From an archaeon (lineage in GTDB: Archaea; Iainarchaeota; Iainarchaeia; Iainarchaeales; JAAZKV01), in contig JBAZYC010000001.1 in the NCBI GenBank assembly GCA_041659525.1, forward strand, positions 525,731-589,730: a DNA stretch of 64,000 bases, in the 5' to 3' direction. The number at the start of each line of letters is the position of its first letter. The stretch's first letter is position 1. This document shows positions 35,616 through 46,431 of the stretch, one piece after another. The notes under the pieces are model-generated. The model was given only the letters and a program-made list of their open reading frames with translations. It did no database searches and was not told the DNA's origin. Position numbers and translations under genes: made by a program.

Positions 35616-37160
35616 TTAGAGTCCAATGTACTCTACTTGTTTTACTTTTTTATCAATTAGTTCGTTTACTTCTTTTAGGCTCGCAGCTTTTCCAGTAAAG
35701 CAGCATTTTTTTGAAGTTAAGCATTCATCAAAGTCAAGGGTTTCTTGAGAAAACACCTCTTTCCCATTTTCAGTAGTAAATCTTTCTTTTACTTTCACGC
35801 TTGCTAGTCCAAATAGTAGATCTTCTTCAAAGAGTTTTGAAATTTCTTTTAGAGTTTTGTTAGCGAATTCAATTGGTTTTGTTCCTGGAAAGTTCTCGCT
35901 TAATTTATAAAAATTTGTTAAACCAATTCCAGTTTTCATCTCTTCTACTTTAAATTCTTTTAAATAAGTTTTCTTCAAAAGTAATTCTTTCTTTTTTTGT
36001 TTTAATTTATGAATCTCGCCAGCTACTTGGGCAAGTTTTTCAAAGAATTGTTTCTCATCATTTCCTTGAGCAATTTTTTCAAGATTAATATTTACAAACA
36101 AATCAATTCCTCTTGTGGGTGAAAAAAGAGTTTTACTTAGGGGGTAATATTCTTCGATTGTGTTATTGAGTATCATAAATTGTTTTCCATTTGGTTCAAT
36201 TAATTTTAAACAATACTTTGAATCTACTCCTACAACCGTGTTTTCTCCAAGCAAATAATTAGAAATTTTTGCTGCATTAATTCTGTTTTGGGAAAGATTT
36301 TCTAAATGCGTTGGAGTAAATAATTCGAGTGAGAGGGTTATTTTTTCATCAAAAATATTCGTTAAATCCAAAATTAATTGAGCAGTTTCTTTTGCTTGTT
36401 TTTCAGTTTTAACAAAAGAGGCACAAGCAAAAGTCAGTCCATAAATACTAGGCATCAAATAAAAATATTTTTTGTTTTGTGAGATTTGTTTTAACGCAGA
36501 AGAAAGTGTTTTGTTTAAAGTTTCTTTTTTTTCAGCTATGAATGAATAAGCATAGGGTCTGTGCGAGAACCCTTCAATATCTTCAATGTGTATGGTTCCA
36601 TCAAAGTGGAGTTCGCGTGCATTGTGAGGAAGTTCTAAAAGAATGTTGTACTCCCTTACACTTTCTCCAGTGTAGGGTTGAACTTGGAGTTTATTTTTTA
36701 CATCATAAACTGCTTCGCCTACTCTTGCATAATTGTCTCTCGCTTCTTCAAATCCGTAAGTTAAAAGTTTTGTATTTACTAGTTCTCTAATTAAACTCGG
36801 GGTGAGGAAAAATATTTTTGAGTCTTTTATTTGGTTCTCTACTTCAAGAGTTATTTTTTCAGCTACACTTCTTGAGAGAGTAGTTTCTTTCAAAAGAGAG
36901 GTGATAATGTTTCCTCTATTAAATCCTTTAATTGTTTCTTGAGAGGTATATACTTTCATTTTACTAAATCGTTCATAAATATCTGCTGCAGTGGTATCAA
37001 GTTCTTTTAGTAGTTCTAGTGCTCTTTCTCTAAGTTTTTTGTCACTTGTAGTATTCATTTCGGTTAGAGTTTTGATTATTTTTGTAATAGTCCATTGGTT
37101 TGCGCCTGCTTCAAGAATCTCTTTTGCAATTACTTGAATCTTCTCTTCAATTAGTTCCAT
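35616..37160 (-). CDS. ATP-cone domain protein, divergent anaerobic RNR (NrdD)-like
   Basis: Residues around 68-150 look like an ATP-cone (KVYTSQETIKGFNRGNIITSLLKETTLSRSVAEKITLEVENQIK). ELHFDGTIHIEDIEG resembles the NrdD H..G.IHIHD motif. No C-terminal RVCGY glycyl-radical motif or CxxC pairs are seen. Confidence 0.35.
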   Translation of the reverse strand: MELIEEKIQVIAKEILEAGANQWTITKIIKTLTEMNTTSDKKLRERALELLKELDTTAADIYERFSKMKVYTSQETIKGFNRGNIITSLLKETTLSRSVAEKITLEVENQIKDSKIFFLTPSLIRELVNTKLLTYGFEEARDNYARVGEAVYDVKNKLQVQPYTGESVREYNILLELPHNARELHFDGTIHIEDIEGFSHRPYAYSFIAEKKETLNKTLSSALKQISQNKKYFYLMPSIYGLTFACASFVKTEKQAKETAQLILDLTNIFDEKITLSLELFTPTHLENLSQNRINAAKISNYLLGENTVVGVDSKYCLKLIEPNGKQFMILNNTIEEYYPLSKTLFSPTRGIDLFVNINLEKIAQGNDEKQFFEKLAQVAGEIHKLKQKKKELLLKKTYLKEFKVEEMKTGIGLTNFYKLSENFPGTKPIEFANKTLKEISKLFEEDLLFGLASVKVKERFTTENGKEVFSQETLDFDECLTSKKCCFTGKAASLKEVNELIDKKVKQVEYIGL

Positions 37161-37340
37161 GTGTACAAACCAATGTATTTCTCGTAGGTTAGTTAATTAA
37201 ACTTAATTTTTGCCTGCTAATTGGGTTTATTCCAAAGCTACAAACCAAATTCATGCTAAAAGCTAACTTTATAATCCTTTTTTGGTTTAGTTTCCTAATA
37301 GGATGATTTGTTTTCCTAACTAAATGAGGGTTTTTAGTAT

Positions 37341-37811
37341 ATGGTTTCTCTTGACAAAGTTGATCACTTAATTCTTCAAGCGCTTTTACTTGATGGCAGA
37401 GCCTCTTTTTCAGCTATAGCAAGAGATAGTGGCCTTACTGATGTGGCAATAAAGAAAAGAGTAGAGTCTCTAAAGAGAAGAGGGATAATTAGTGGGATTT
37501 CAGTTGATCTTAATTACAAAGTACTAGGTTATGAGAACCCAATTTATGTTCAAATGCGCTGTGAAGTTTCTAAGCAAAAAGATATTATAAAAAAATTACA
37601 AGGAATGGATTTTGTTCTTGAACTTTACCAAGTTCTTGGAGAATACAATTTACATGTTAAATTAATTGTCCCTAATCTTGAGAGTGCTGAGAGATTCATT
37701 AATCAACTTGGATTAATTGATGGGGTAATTGATCTAAAAACAATGGTTGTGTTATCAGAATTAAAGAAAACAAAAACTCTTCCTTCTTCAACTCTTCAAA
37801 ATAAGATTTAA
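37341..37811 (+). CDS. Lrp/AsnC family transcriptional regulator
   Basis: LDKVDHLILQALLLDGRASFSAIARDSGLTDVAIKKRVESL is the HTH. A C-terminal RAM-like domain follows. Confidence 0.8.
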   Translation: MVSLDKVDHLILQALLLDGRASFSAIARDSGLTDVAIKKRVESLKRRGIISGISVDLNYKVLGYENPIYVQMRCEVSKQKDIIKKLQGMDFVLELYQVLGEYNLHVKLIVPNLESAERFINQLGLIDGVIDLKTMVVLSELKKTKTLPSSTLQNKI

Positions 37812-37892
37812 TTTGATTTAATTTACCCCTTTCGTTTTTTGTCGAATTCTTTGCGTCCTCTTTTTAACTTTTTTCTCTGCAATCTCTATTGA

Positions 37893-40091
37893 ATGGACCT
37901 AATTGTTTCAGAGAAAGCTATTGCTGGAGAGAATATTGCTCAACTATTAGCTGATAGTGGAGTAAAAACAAAGTATGTTTCAGGGGCAAAAGTTTTCGAG
38001 TTTAGTTGGAAAGGAAAAGAAATTTTACTAGTTCCACTTAGGGGTCACATTAGTGATGTGGAGTATCCAAAAAAATATGCTAATTGGAGAGGAGTAGATG
38101 TTAGAGAATTAATTAATCCTGAAATAATTATTTACTCTGAAAAAGAATTTCAAATTATTAATGCAATTAAAGAACTTGCTCCAAATGCAGAAAATTTAAT
38201 TATTGCAACTGATGCGGATAGAGAGGGAGAATCAATTGGACTTGAGGCAGTTACTTACGCAAAGTCCACTAATTCTGGAATAAAAATTCAAAGAGCTTAT
38301 TTTTCAGCGATTGCAAAAGAGGATATGGATAAATCATTTAATTCTCTTGAAAAATTTGATTATAATTTTGCTTACTCCGCAAATGCGAGAAGAGAACTTG
38401 ATTTAATTTGGGGAGCTGTGTTAACTAGATTTCTTTCAATTGTTTCGGGTCAAATTGGAAAAGATTTTTTGAGTGTGGGAAGAGTTCAAACACCAACTTT
38501 AGCACTTTTAGTGGATAGAGAAAAAGAGAGACTTGCTTTTGAGTCAAAGCCTTATTGGGAAATAATTGCTTTTTGTGAAAAAGATAAGATGGCTTTTGAA
38601 GCAATGCATCAGGAAGAAAAGTTTTGGGATAAAGAACGAGCTTTAGCCGTTTTTAATAAACAACCAAAAAAAGCAATTGTAAAAAAAGTGGATAAAAAAG
38701 TTAGAGTATTAAAAAAACCAGTTCCGTTTAATACCACTGAATTTTTAAGAGCAGCAACAGGACTTGGTTTTGCTGCGGGCAAAGCAATGGATATTGCGGA
38801 GCACTTATATCAAAAAGGATATACCTCTTATCCAAGAACTGATAACAGCACTTATCCTCCAAGTTTGAATTTAAAAGAAATTTTAAATAAATTAGTTTCT
38901 GTTAAAGCTCTAATGGATGATGTGGCAATTGTTTTGGCTCAAAAAGAAATTACTCCTTCTGCTGGAAAAGAAACAAAAGATCACCCCCCAATTTATCCCG
39001 TTATTGCGGTTCAAAAAGAAATGTTGAGTCAGGATGAGTGGAGAATTTACGAACTTATTTGCAGAAGATTTTTAGCAACATTAGCAGAGGACGCTAAAAC
39101 AGAGAATACTAGTGCGCTTTTGGATGCAGAGGGAGAGCCGTTTATTGCAAAGGGCCAAATTATTCTTCATGCTGGTTGGAAAGCAATTTATCCTTATAGT
39201 GAACTTAATGAAACTTTTTTGCCAAAACTTTCTGAAGGGGATGAAGTAATAATAAATAAAATCGAAATGAATGCAAAAGAAACTCAACCACCTGGAAGAT
39301 ACAGTCAGGGTTCTTTAATCAAATTAATGGAAGAAAATAATTTAGGGACAAAATCTACTCGTCCCGCAATTATTCAAAAATTATATTCTCGGCATTATAT
39401 TTCAGGAAACAAAAGTATTGAACCAAGCAAAGTTGCTTTCTCCGTAATTGATACTTTGGAAAAGCATTGCGGGTCTGTGACTAAACCTCAAATGACGGCT
39501 GAGCTTGAAAAAGAGATGGATGAAATTGCTGCTGGGCAAAAAAAGCAAATTGAAGTAGTTACAAAATCTTGTTCTAATTTAAAAGAGGTAATGGAAATTT
39601 TGTTCAAGAATAAGGAAAGCGTTGCTATTGGGCTTAGAATGGCTCTAAAATTTAGTTCTGTAATGGGTAAGTGTACTTGCGGAGCAAATTTAATTGAAAG
39701 AAAAGGAAAAACGGGGAAAAGGTTTGTTGGTTGCTCTAGTTACCCTAATTGTACAGTTACTTTCCCTCTTCCTCAAAAAGGAAGTATTACTCCTCTGGAT
39801 GAATATTGTCCTGAATGCAAAGCCCCAATTATTCAAGTAAAAAATGGAAGATTTAATTACAAAATGTGTTTAACTATGACTTGTGTAACAAAAAAAGATT
39901 GGACAAAAAAAGAGGATAAAATGGGTGTGAATAAACCCGCTGAAACTAAATCTTCTGAAATAAAATCTTCTGCTAGTAAAAAACCAGTAATAAGAAAATC
40001 AACAAAAACCAAAACGACTTCTTCCACAATTAGTTCTTCAACAATTAGCCCTTCTGCAATTAGTAAATCTAATGTTGAGGTGAAAAAGTGA
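37893..40091 (+). CDS. topA: DNA topoisomerase, type IA
   Basis: The Toprim domain has LIVSEK...ATDADREGE. The active-site region is TSYPRTDN. C-terminal Zn-ribbons (CTCGANL...CSSYPNC, CPECKAP) are followed by an S/T/K-rich tail. Confidence 0.9.
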   Translation: MDLIVSEKAIAGENIAQLLADSGVKTKYVSGAKVFEFSWKGKEILLVPLRGHISDVEYPKKYANWRGVDVRELINPEIIIYSEKEFQIINAIKELAPNAENLIIATDADREGESIGLEAVTYAKSTNSGIKIQRAYFSAIAKEDMDKSFNSLEKFDYNFAYSANARRELDLIWGAVLTRFLSIVSGQIGKDFLSVGRVQTPTLALLVDREKERLAFESKPYWEIIAFCEKDKMAFEAMHQEEKFWDKERALAVFNKQPKKAIVKKVDKKVRVLKKPVPFNTTEFLRAATGLGFAAGKAMDIAEHLYQKGYTSYPRTDNSTYPPSLNLKEILNKLVSVKALMDDVAIVLAQKEITPSAGKETKDHPPIYPVIAVQKEMLSQDEWRIYELICRRFLATLAEDAKTENTSALLDAEGEPFIAKGQIILHAGWKAIYPYSELNETFLPKLSEGDEVIINKIEMNAKETQPPGRYSQGSLIKLMEENNLGTKSTRPAIIQKLYSRHYISGNKSIEPSKVAFSVIDTLEKHCGSVTKPQMTAELEKEMDEIAAGQKKQIEVVTKSCSNLKEVMEILFKNKESVAIGLRMALKFSSVMGKCTCGANLIERKGKTGKRFVGCSSYPNCTVTFPLPQKGSITPLDEYCPECKAPIIQVKNGRFNYKMCLTMTCVTKKDWTKKEDKMGVNKPAETKSSEIKSSASKKPVIRKSTKTKTTSSTISSSTISPSAISKSNVEVKK

Positions 40092-40876
40092 TTACTGCTA
40101 ATTCTCCAAGAAGCATTTCTATTCTCCAAGAAGCTTTTTCATTGTTACTCAAGCACCCTGCTTTGTTTTTACCAAAAATTTTAATTGCAGTTCTTTATGG
40201 ATTTGGAATTTTATTAAGTACAGAGTTAATGAAACAAATGCTTTCGCTTTATACTCTTCCAAAAGAACAAATAGCTTTTTCTGATTTACAAAATTGGTTT
40301 TTCTTAGCAATTGGTTTACTTTTGCTCACAATAATATCTTATTTTGTTGATTTGTTTTTCTCTGCTCTTTATCCAATTTTTGTTAATCATGCATTAAAAG
40401 GAAAAATTAGTTTTTTAAAATCAATAAATGAATCAAAACCAAAATTAGTTCAAGTGTTTGTTGCGGGGATTATTTTATGGTTATTAATAACTATTTTTTC
40501 AGTACTTGAAACAGGGGTTATTTTATTTTTTAATTTATCAACCCTTGGATTTGCTATTTCCATGTTAGTTACTTTTGCATTTGTTTTTGTTTTCTATTTT
40601 TTGTTTCCAATTATTGTTTCTAAAAAGCAAGGAGTTCTCAATAATTTTAAAGAAACTTTTTCTTCTTCCTTTTCAAATAAAAAGAAAGTCTTTTTGTTTT
40701 CCTTAATTCCTTTTTCAGTTTCCCTAATAAAATATGGGGTTGCTTTCTTTTCTGATAGTACTTCAGGATTTATTTTGTTTTGGGGTTTAGTTCTATTAAC
40801 AGGGATTGTTTATTCAGTTCATGCAGTGGTTAATCAATTACTTTATTTGAAACTTCAAAAAACAAAAAAGGACTAG
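40088..40876 (+). CDS. Integral membrane protein, unknown function
   Basis: It has about 6 TM segments. Its GTG start overlaps the topA stop. Confidence 0.4.
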   Translation: MITANSPRSISILQEAFSLLLKHPALFLPKILIAVLYGFGILLSTELMKQMLSLYTLPKEQIAFSDLQNWFFLAIGLLLLTIISYFVDLFFSALYPIFVNHALKGKISFLKSINESKPKLVQVFVAGIILWLLITIFSVLETGVILFFNLSTLGFAISMLVTFAFVFVFYFLFPIIVSKKQGVLNNFKETFSSSFSNKKKVFLFSLIPFSVSLIKYGVAFFSDSTSGFILFWGLVLLTGIVYSVHAVVNQLLYLKLQKTKKD

Positions 40877-41141
40877 TTCTAAATTTACTAAAAACAAAAA
40901 AATTAGATTATTTTTTTGAAGTGAATGGGGTTGGAAAGAATTAGATCCAATTTAAAGCCTGGTGAGCCTACCCCATTACTTCGTTAAAAAACTTTTTTTC
41001 ACACATTCTCTCTATCAGTCCTCCTAGTTAAAAAAACTCTTACAATAGTATTAGTCTGCTCTGCACTTAATAAGTATTAATTGACCTTAAATGTAATAAA
41101 AAATACACTTAAATACTTTTTGGTGTCAGAATTTGTTATTG

Positions 41142-41720
41142 ATGCAGGTTTTTACTGCAATTGACGAAAAGGTGGTAACTGTGGCTCAAAAAATGAAAGC
41201 AGATGATGAAATAAGATTAAACATACTAAAAACACTTTTGGATAAGAATTGTACTCAACCAAACTTGAGAAAAATCAAATCTAAATCAGGTTATCACTTA
41301 GCTACAATAAAAAGCTCTCTTGATTTTTTAACTAAAGAAGGAATTCTTTCAGGGTATGGTCCAAAAATCGCTTTTTGGAAACTAGGTTACAAACTAGAGT
41401 GCATGGAATTACTTCAATTAGATTTTTCTAAAAGAGATTTAGTAGAAAAATATTTAGAGGTAGCAAAAAATGATCCACACGTATTTGCACTTAACTCAGT
41501 AATGGGTTCTGGAAACTTTAATGTAATGAGTATGCAATTTTATGAGGATGTTGAATCCTATCACAAGAATTTGCAAGAAAATTATGTGAAAAAGATTCCT
41601 AACTATTATGAAGTGGTTAAAGACAGACAAGTATTTTACTTAGCCGAACCAACTTTTAAGAGAGGATCAAGAACAGATTCAATAATTAAAATTATGAGAA
41701 ACAAAGCAGGACTTGATTAG
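41142..41720 (+). CDS. Hypothetical protein, possible winged-helix regulator
   Basis: The N-terminus LNILKTLLDKNCTQPNLRKIKSKSGYHLATIKSSLDFLTKEGIL looks wHTH-like. ATG 41142 follows a TTG at 41133. Confidence 0.35.
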   Translation: MQVFTAIDEKVVTVAQKMKADDEIRLNILKTLLDKNCTQPNLRKIKSKSGYHLATIKSSLDFLTKEGILSGYGPKIAFWKLGYKLECMELLQLDFSKRDLVEKYLEVAKNDPHVFALNSVMGSGNFNVMSMQFYEDVESYHKNLQENYVKKIPNYYEVVKDRQVFYLAEPTFKRGSRTDSIIKIMRNKAGLD

Positions 41721-41757
41721 TCCTGTTTTTATTTTTTCAAAACTTTTGGTGTTAAAA

Positions 41758-42585
41758 ATGCAAATCGAACTTGATTTATCAAAATCAATTGAAGAGAATG
41801 CTACAACTTACTTTCAAAAAGCAAAAGAAGCTAAGAAAAGAATTGCTGGAGCAAAAAAGGCACTAGAGATTGGGGCAGTTAAACAAAAAGAAAAAGAAAT
41901 TAAAGCCGCCGCAAAAAAAATGGACAAAGAAATTGGTAAACAAAAAGTTCTTCGAAAGAAAAAATGGTTTGAACAATTTAGATGGTTTTTTACTACTGAT
42001 AATTTTCTAGTAGTTGGCGGGAGAGATGCTCAGAGTAATGAACAAATAGTAAAAAACAGAATGAAAAAAAACGATATTTATTTTCACGCAGAGGTATTCG
42101 GTGCTCCTCATTGTATAATAGTAGCTCCTGAAGAATTAAAGGGGCAAGAATTTATTGCACCAGAAAATTCAATGAAAGAAGCTGCTAGTTTTGCAGTAAC
42201 ATTCTCAAAAGCCTGGGAAGAAGTTCGTCCTCAAGCAGATGCTTATTCGGTAAAACCTGAACAGGTTTCAAAATCAACTAAATCAGGAGAATCCCTTGGG
42301 TCTGGAGCGTTTATGATTTATGGGGAGCGTAATTGGTTTAAGAAAACCCCTCTTTCTTGCGCAATTGGATTCTTTCACCGAGAAAGAATTCTAATGAGTG
42401 GACCTACTCCTGCAGTAAAGAAGCATTGTAATTTTTCTTTTGAATTAAAACAAGGGACTCTCTCAAAAGAACAAATTGCTAAGCAATTAAAAGAACTTTT
42501 TGAAAAAAAGGGTTATTCATTCTCAATTGATGATTTTGTTTCAATAATGCCTAATGGTAGTTTTGAATCTATTGCAAAGAATTAA
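41758..42585 (+). CDS. NFACT-R/DUF814 domain protein (short RqcH/FbpA-related)
   Basis: FRWFFTTDNFLVVGGRDAQSNEQIVKNRMKKNDIYFHAEVFGAPHCII is the DUF814 core. It is preceded only by a coiled-coil, with no NFACT-N domain. Confidence 0.7.
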   Translation: MQIELDLSKSIEENATTYFQKAKEAKKRIAGAKKALEIGAVKQKEKEIKAAAKKMDKEIGKQKVLRKKKWFEQFRWFFTTDNFLVVGGRDAQSNEQIVKNRMKKNDIYFHAEVFGAPHCIIVAPEELKGQEFIAPENSMKEAASFAVTFSKAWEEVRPQADAYSVKPEQVSKSTKSGESLGSGAFMIYGERNWFKKTPLSCAIGFFHRERILMSGPTPAVKKHCNFSFELKQGTLSKEQIAKQLKELFEKKGYSFSIDDFVSIMPNGSFESIAKN

Positions 42586-42698
42586 TACTAAATTTCTTTG
42601 TTTTAATTTTTTTTCACTTTTCACCCTACCTTTTTAATCCTTTTTCAGTAGAATCCTATTTAGATTATTCAAATAAGTAATAGTGATTTGGTGTTTGT

Positions 42699-44912
42699 AT
42701 GCCAGTTTCAAACGAAAAGCCAGAAGATAGAAAAGGGGAACTAGTTCTTCAAGTTCAAGATCCTGACCCTACTCACGTTGGTAGAAATATTGTTACACTT
42801 GATAAGGAAACAAAAACTATTCTAAATATCACTTCTGGAGATATTGTTCAAATTGAAGGGACAAAAAAAACTGCTGCAATTGTTTGGCCTGCACGAACTG
42901 AAGATGAGGGCAAAAAAATTATTAGGGCAGATTCTTTTATCAGACACAACGCTGGCGTTGGGTTAAATGAAAAAGTAAAAGTAACTAAAGTAATTCCTCA
43001 AGAAGGAAAAAAAGTAGTTCTTGCTCCAATTGAAGAAGTAAGAATAATTGCTTCTGGTTATGATAGAATTTTAAAAAAGAGTTTCTTAGGTAGACCTCTT
43101 ACTGTTGGAGATAATGTTTGGATAAGTGTTTTTGGTTCGGGATTTATTTATAGGGTAGTAGATACTAATCCACGAGGAATAGTAAAAGTAACTGATGCTA
43201 CTGTGTTTTCATTAAAAGAAAAACCGGTTAAGGATGCTTTGAGTAATGTTCCAAAAGTTGCTTATGAAGATATTGGTGGACTTGGCGAACAAGTAAAAAA
43301 AGTTAGAGAAATGGTTGAACTTCCAATGAAGCACCCTGAGTTGTTTCAAAAACTTGGAATAGTTCCTCCTAAAGGAATTTTATTATATGGTCCTCCTGGG
43401 ACTGGAAAAACTTTATTAGCAAAAGCAGTTGCTAATGAAGCTCAAGTTCATTTCATTTCAATATCAGCTCCGGAAATAATGGGTAAATTTGTAGGAGAAG
43501 CTGAAGAGCGAGTTAGAAATATTTTCAAGGATGCACAAGAGAATGCTCCAAGTATTATTTTTATTGACGAAATTGATTCAATCGCTCCAAAAAGAGATGA
43601 AGTAGTTGGTGAAGTTGAAAGAAGAGTAGTTGCTCAATTACTTTCACTAATGGACGGTCTTGAAGGAAGAGGGGAAGTAATAGTAATGGCTGCAACTAAT
43701 AGAGTTAACTCTATTGATGAAGCACTAAGAAGACCAGGTCGATTTGATAGAGAGATAGAATTTACTGTTCCTGATAAAAAATCAAGAGAACAAATTCTAA
43801 ATATTCATACAAGAGGAATGCCTTTAGTAGCTGAAGGAATTGAGAAAGTTGATTTAGCTTATTTCGCTTCTCTTACTCATGGTTTTGTTGGAGCAGATCT
43901 TCAAGCTCTTGCTAAAGAAGCTGCAATGAAAGCACTTAGAAGGTATTTACCAAAAATTGATTTAGAAGAAGAAACTATTCCTCCTGAAGTTTTAGAAAAC
44001 TTAAAAATTACTCAAGCAGATTTTGTTGAAGGATTAAAAGATGTTCAGCCAAGTGCACTAAGAGAGGTTGCTATTGAAATTCCAAATATTCACTGGAACC
44101 AAATAGGAGCACTTGAAGAAGTAAAGCAAGAACTCAAACAAGCAGTTGAGTGGCCAATAAAAAATCCGCTCGCATTCAAAGAAATGGGTATCTCTCCTCC
44201 TAAAGGAATTCTTCTTTATGGTCCTCCTGGTACTGGAAAAACTTTACTAGCAAAAGCAATTGCTACTGAATCTGAAGCAAATTTTATTTCAATTAAAGGA
44301 CCTGAGCTATTGAGTATGTGGGGGGGAGAGGCTGAACGCGGAGTGAGAAAGATTTTCAAAAAAGCAAGACAAGTTTCTCCTTGCATTGTTTTCTTTGATG
44401 AACTTGACGCTATTGCTCCAAGAAGAGGAACTGATTCAGGAAACAATGTTACTGAAAGAATGGTTAACCAATTATTAACTGAACTTGATGGAGTAGAATC
44501 ACTCACTGATGTAGTATTCATTGCAGCAACTAATAGACCTGATTTAATTGATCCAGCTTTACTTCGTCCTGGGCGAATTGATAAATTAATTATTGTTCCT
44601 GCCCCTAATGATGAAGCAAGAGAGGCAATTTTGAAAGTTCATACGAAGAATGTTAAGCTTGATAAGAATGTTTCAATTAAAGAGCTTGCTAAAGTAACTA
44701 AAGGATTTAGTGGAGCTGACCTTGAAGGACTTGTAAGAGAAGCAGCACTATTAGTTCTTAGTGAAAATAATATGAAACCCGGATTGATTGCAATGAAGCA
44801 CTTTGAAGCAGTGTTAAAGAGAATGAATCCTACTATTGATGAAGAATCCCAAAAAGCGTATGGGGAATTCAAAGAAAAAGCTTTAGACTTTAGACCAAGT
44901 TACGTTGGGTAA
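42699..44912 (+). CDS. cdc48: CDC48/VCP-type AAA+ ATPase
   Basis: The N-domain is followed by two AAA modules ([13 protein letters not shown] twice, DEIDSIAP / DELDAIAP). Length is 737 aa. Confidence 0.9.
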   Translation: MPVSNEKPEDRKGELVLQVQDPDPTHVGRNIVTLDKETKTILNITSGDIVQIEGTKKTAAIVWPARTEDEGKKIIRADSFIRHNAGVGLNEKVKVTKVIPQEGKKVVLAPIEEVRIIASGYDRILKKSFLGRPLTVGDNVWISVFGSGFIYRVVDTNPRGIVKVTDATVFSLKEKPVKDALSNVPKVAYEDIGGLGEQVKKVREMVELPMKHPELFQKLGIVPPKGILLYGPPGTGKTLLAKAVANEAQVHFISISAPEIMGKFVGEAEERVRNIFKDAQENAPSIIFIDEIDSIAPKRDEVVGEVERRVVAQLLSLMDGLEGRGEVIVMAATNRVNSIDEALRRPGRFDREIEFTVPDKKSREQILNIHTRGMPLVAEGIEKVDLAYFASLTHGFVGADLQALAKEAAMKALRRYLPKIDLEEETIPPEVLENLKITQADFVEGLKDVQPSALREVAIEIPNIHWNQIGALEEVKQELKQAVEWPIKNPLAFKEMGISPPKGILLYGPPGTGKTLLAKAIATESEANFISIKGPELLSMWGGEAERGVRKIFKKARQVSPCIVFFDELDAIAPRRGTDSGNNVTERMVNQLLTELDGVESLTDVVFIAATNRPDLIDPALLRPGRIDKLIIVPAPNDEAREAILKVHTKNVKLDKNVSIKELAKVTKGFSGADLEGLVREAALLVLSENNMKPGLIAMKHFEAVLKRMNPTIDEESQKAYGEFKEKALDFRPSYVG

Positions 44913-44994
44913 AAAAGTTTTTATAAAAATCTAGTTAAACCTTTTTTAACAAACAGAGCATAAATTAATTAACAATGAATTCTGTAATGTTATT

Positions 44995-45657
44995 ATGCAA
45001 ATTCGGCCTTCAAGAATAAAGCGACTCAAAAAAGAAGAATTGTTTTCTAAATCTAGTGCTCGTTCTTCAGAAAGAGCAATACCTGTTTTTGAACATGCTA
45101 ATGAACGTAAAATGTGGGTGTATCGTTCTGCTGTAAAAAATAAAGGATTTACTTGGAGTGGAAGATATAATGTCTTAACTGGATTTTTAAATCTCTATAA
45201 AAATAAGATAAAAGTGTTTGCCGATATTGGAGCGGGAAATATCGGAGGGGCCCCAACAACAATAGATGCAAAAAAAGTTTTGAATCCAGGTACTAAAGTT
45301 TATGCAGTAGATCGTAACCTTAGTGAAGAGAACCTTAAACGGGATGGAATTAAAGAATTAAAGCACCGTATTACAATCTCTCCTCTTCCTTTCCAGTGTG
45401 ATGCAATAAGATTTGCTAATGTTGCTCAATATATGGCTGAAGAAGATTTTGTAAAAGCGTTAGATAATATTTGGCATAGTTTAAAACCGCATGGGTTTCT
45501 TTTAAGTGCAGGCCCAATGGAAGCGATTACAAGATCACCTGATATTACTAGTTTCAAAGAAAAAGTTCTTATAAAAGTAAAAAAAACTAAAAAATATCCT
45601 TTTGGATTTGTGGAGTTAAAACTTTTTGATAAACAAGGAAAATATTTAGGGCCTTAG
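44995..45657 (+). CDS. Putative class I SAM-dependent methyltransferase
   Basis: VFADIGAGNIGGAPTT...VYAVDRN resembles motif I followed by the acidic post-I residue. Confidence 0.4.
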   Translation: MQIRPSRIKRLKKEELFSKSSARSSERAIPVFEHANERKMWVYRSAVKNKGFTWSGRYNVLTGFLNLYKNKIKVFADIGAGNIGGAPTTIDAKKVLNPGTKVYAVDRNLSEENLKRDGIKELKHRITISPLPFQCDAIRFANVAQYMAEEDFVKALDNIWHSLKPHGFLLSAGPMEAITRSPDITSFKEKVLIKVKKTKKYPFGFVELKLFDKQGKYLGP

Positions 45658-45686
45658 TAAACAAAGATTGACAAATTCAAACTTTT

Positions 45687-46325
45687 CTAAATTCTTAGTC
45701 CAACCATTGAGAATAGTATAGTTGGCATGAATACTAAAACTACTGCAAGCGCCATAAAGAATATCCACACTCCTGGTTTCCAAGAGATTACTTTTGCTCC
45801 GTCAAGAGGGAATATTGGAAGTAAATTAAACAAAGCTAACCAGAAATTTATTGTTGCTGCGGTTACAAATATTTGAATAAACAAAGCATCTCCAACCATT
45901 GCTGCAATTATTACTAAAATTATTCCAAAAATAATATTTACTAGTGGTCCTGCTAGGGAAATTAATCCGTTTTGTTTTCTTGTAACATTTTCTCCAAAAA
46001 AGTAAGTTGCTCCAGGGGCAGCGAAAATGAATTGACCCATTGTTACTATTGCAAGGCCAAGTGCAATTATTAGTCCTGGATACCATGCTCTGAATTCTGA
46101 GTGGAAACCAAAGTGCTTTGCAGCTTCTCTGTGTGCTAGTTCATGGAAAACAAATCCTGTTCCTACTGCAAGTAATGCAATTGGAAGAGAGAAAAACAAG
46201 TTTCCAACATTAAAGAAAACAGGATTGATTACTACTGCAAAAGCCAAACTCAAAGTTAACCAAGAGATTAGCAAGTCTTTTTTCTCTTGTTTTGAGAAAT
46301 GAAGGATTGATTTTTTGTTTACCAT
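45687..46325 (-). CDS. Site-2 protease family (M50) zinc metalloprotease
   Basis: The polytopic protein has HELAH (FVFHELAHREAA) and NLLPIFPLDG motifs. Confidence 0.8.
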   Translation of the reverse strand: MVNKKSILHFSKQEKKDLLISWLTLSLAFAVVINPVFFNVGNLFFSLPIALLAVGTGFVFHELAHREAAKHFGFHSEFRAWYPGLIIALGLAIVTMGQFIFAAPGATYFFGENVTRKQNGLISLAGPLVNIIFGIILVIIAAMVGDALFIQIFVTAATINFWLALFNLLPIFPLDGAKVISWKPGVWIFFMALAVVLVFMPTILFSMVGLRI

Positions 46326-46431
46326 ATTGACTTAGTAGAGCAACAAATTTAAAAATCAACTAATTGCACACTAAGTCAATTGTCGAATTTTTGTGAAGGT
46401 TTTTAATCCCTCAAAGAAGAGTTCTTTTGTG

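Noticed and set aside
37161-37340. Repeated GTTT(A/T)CCTAA-like words upstream of the Lrp/AsnC gene as autoregulatory operator sites
   Set aside because: There are only two short, imperfect copies in AT-rich DNA, which cannot be distinguished from chance by eye.
45826-46086. 86-aa same-strand alternative frame inside the M50 protease gene
   Set aside because: The HELAH/NLLPxxPLDG motifs define the real frame.
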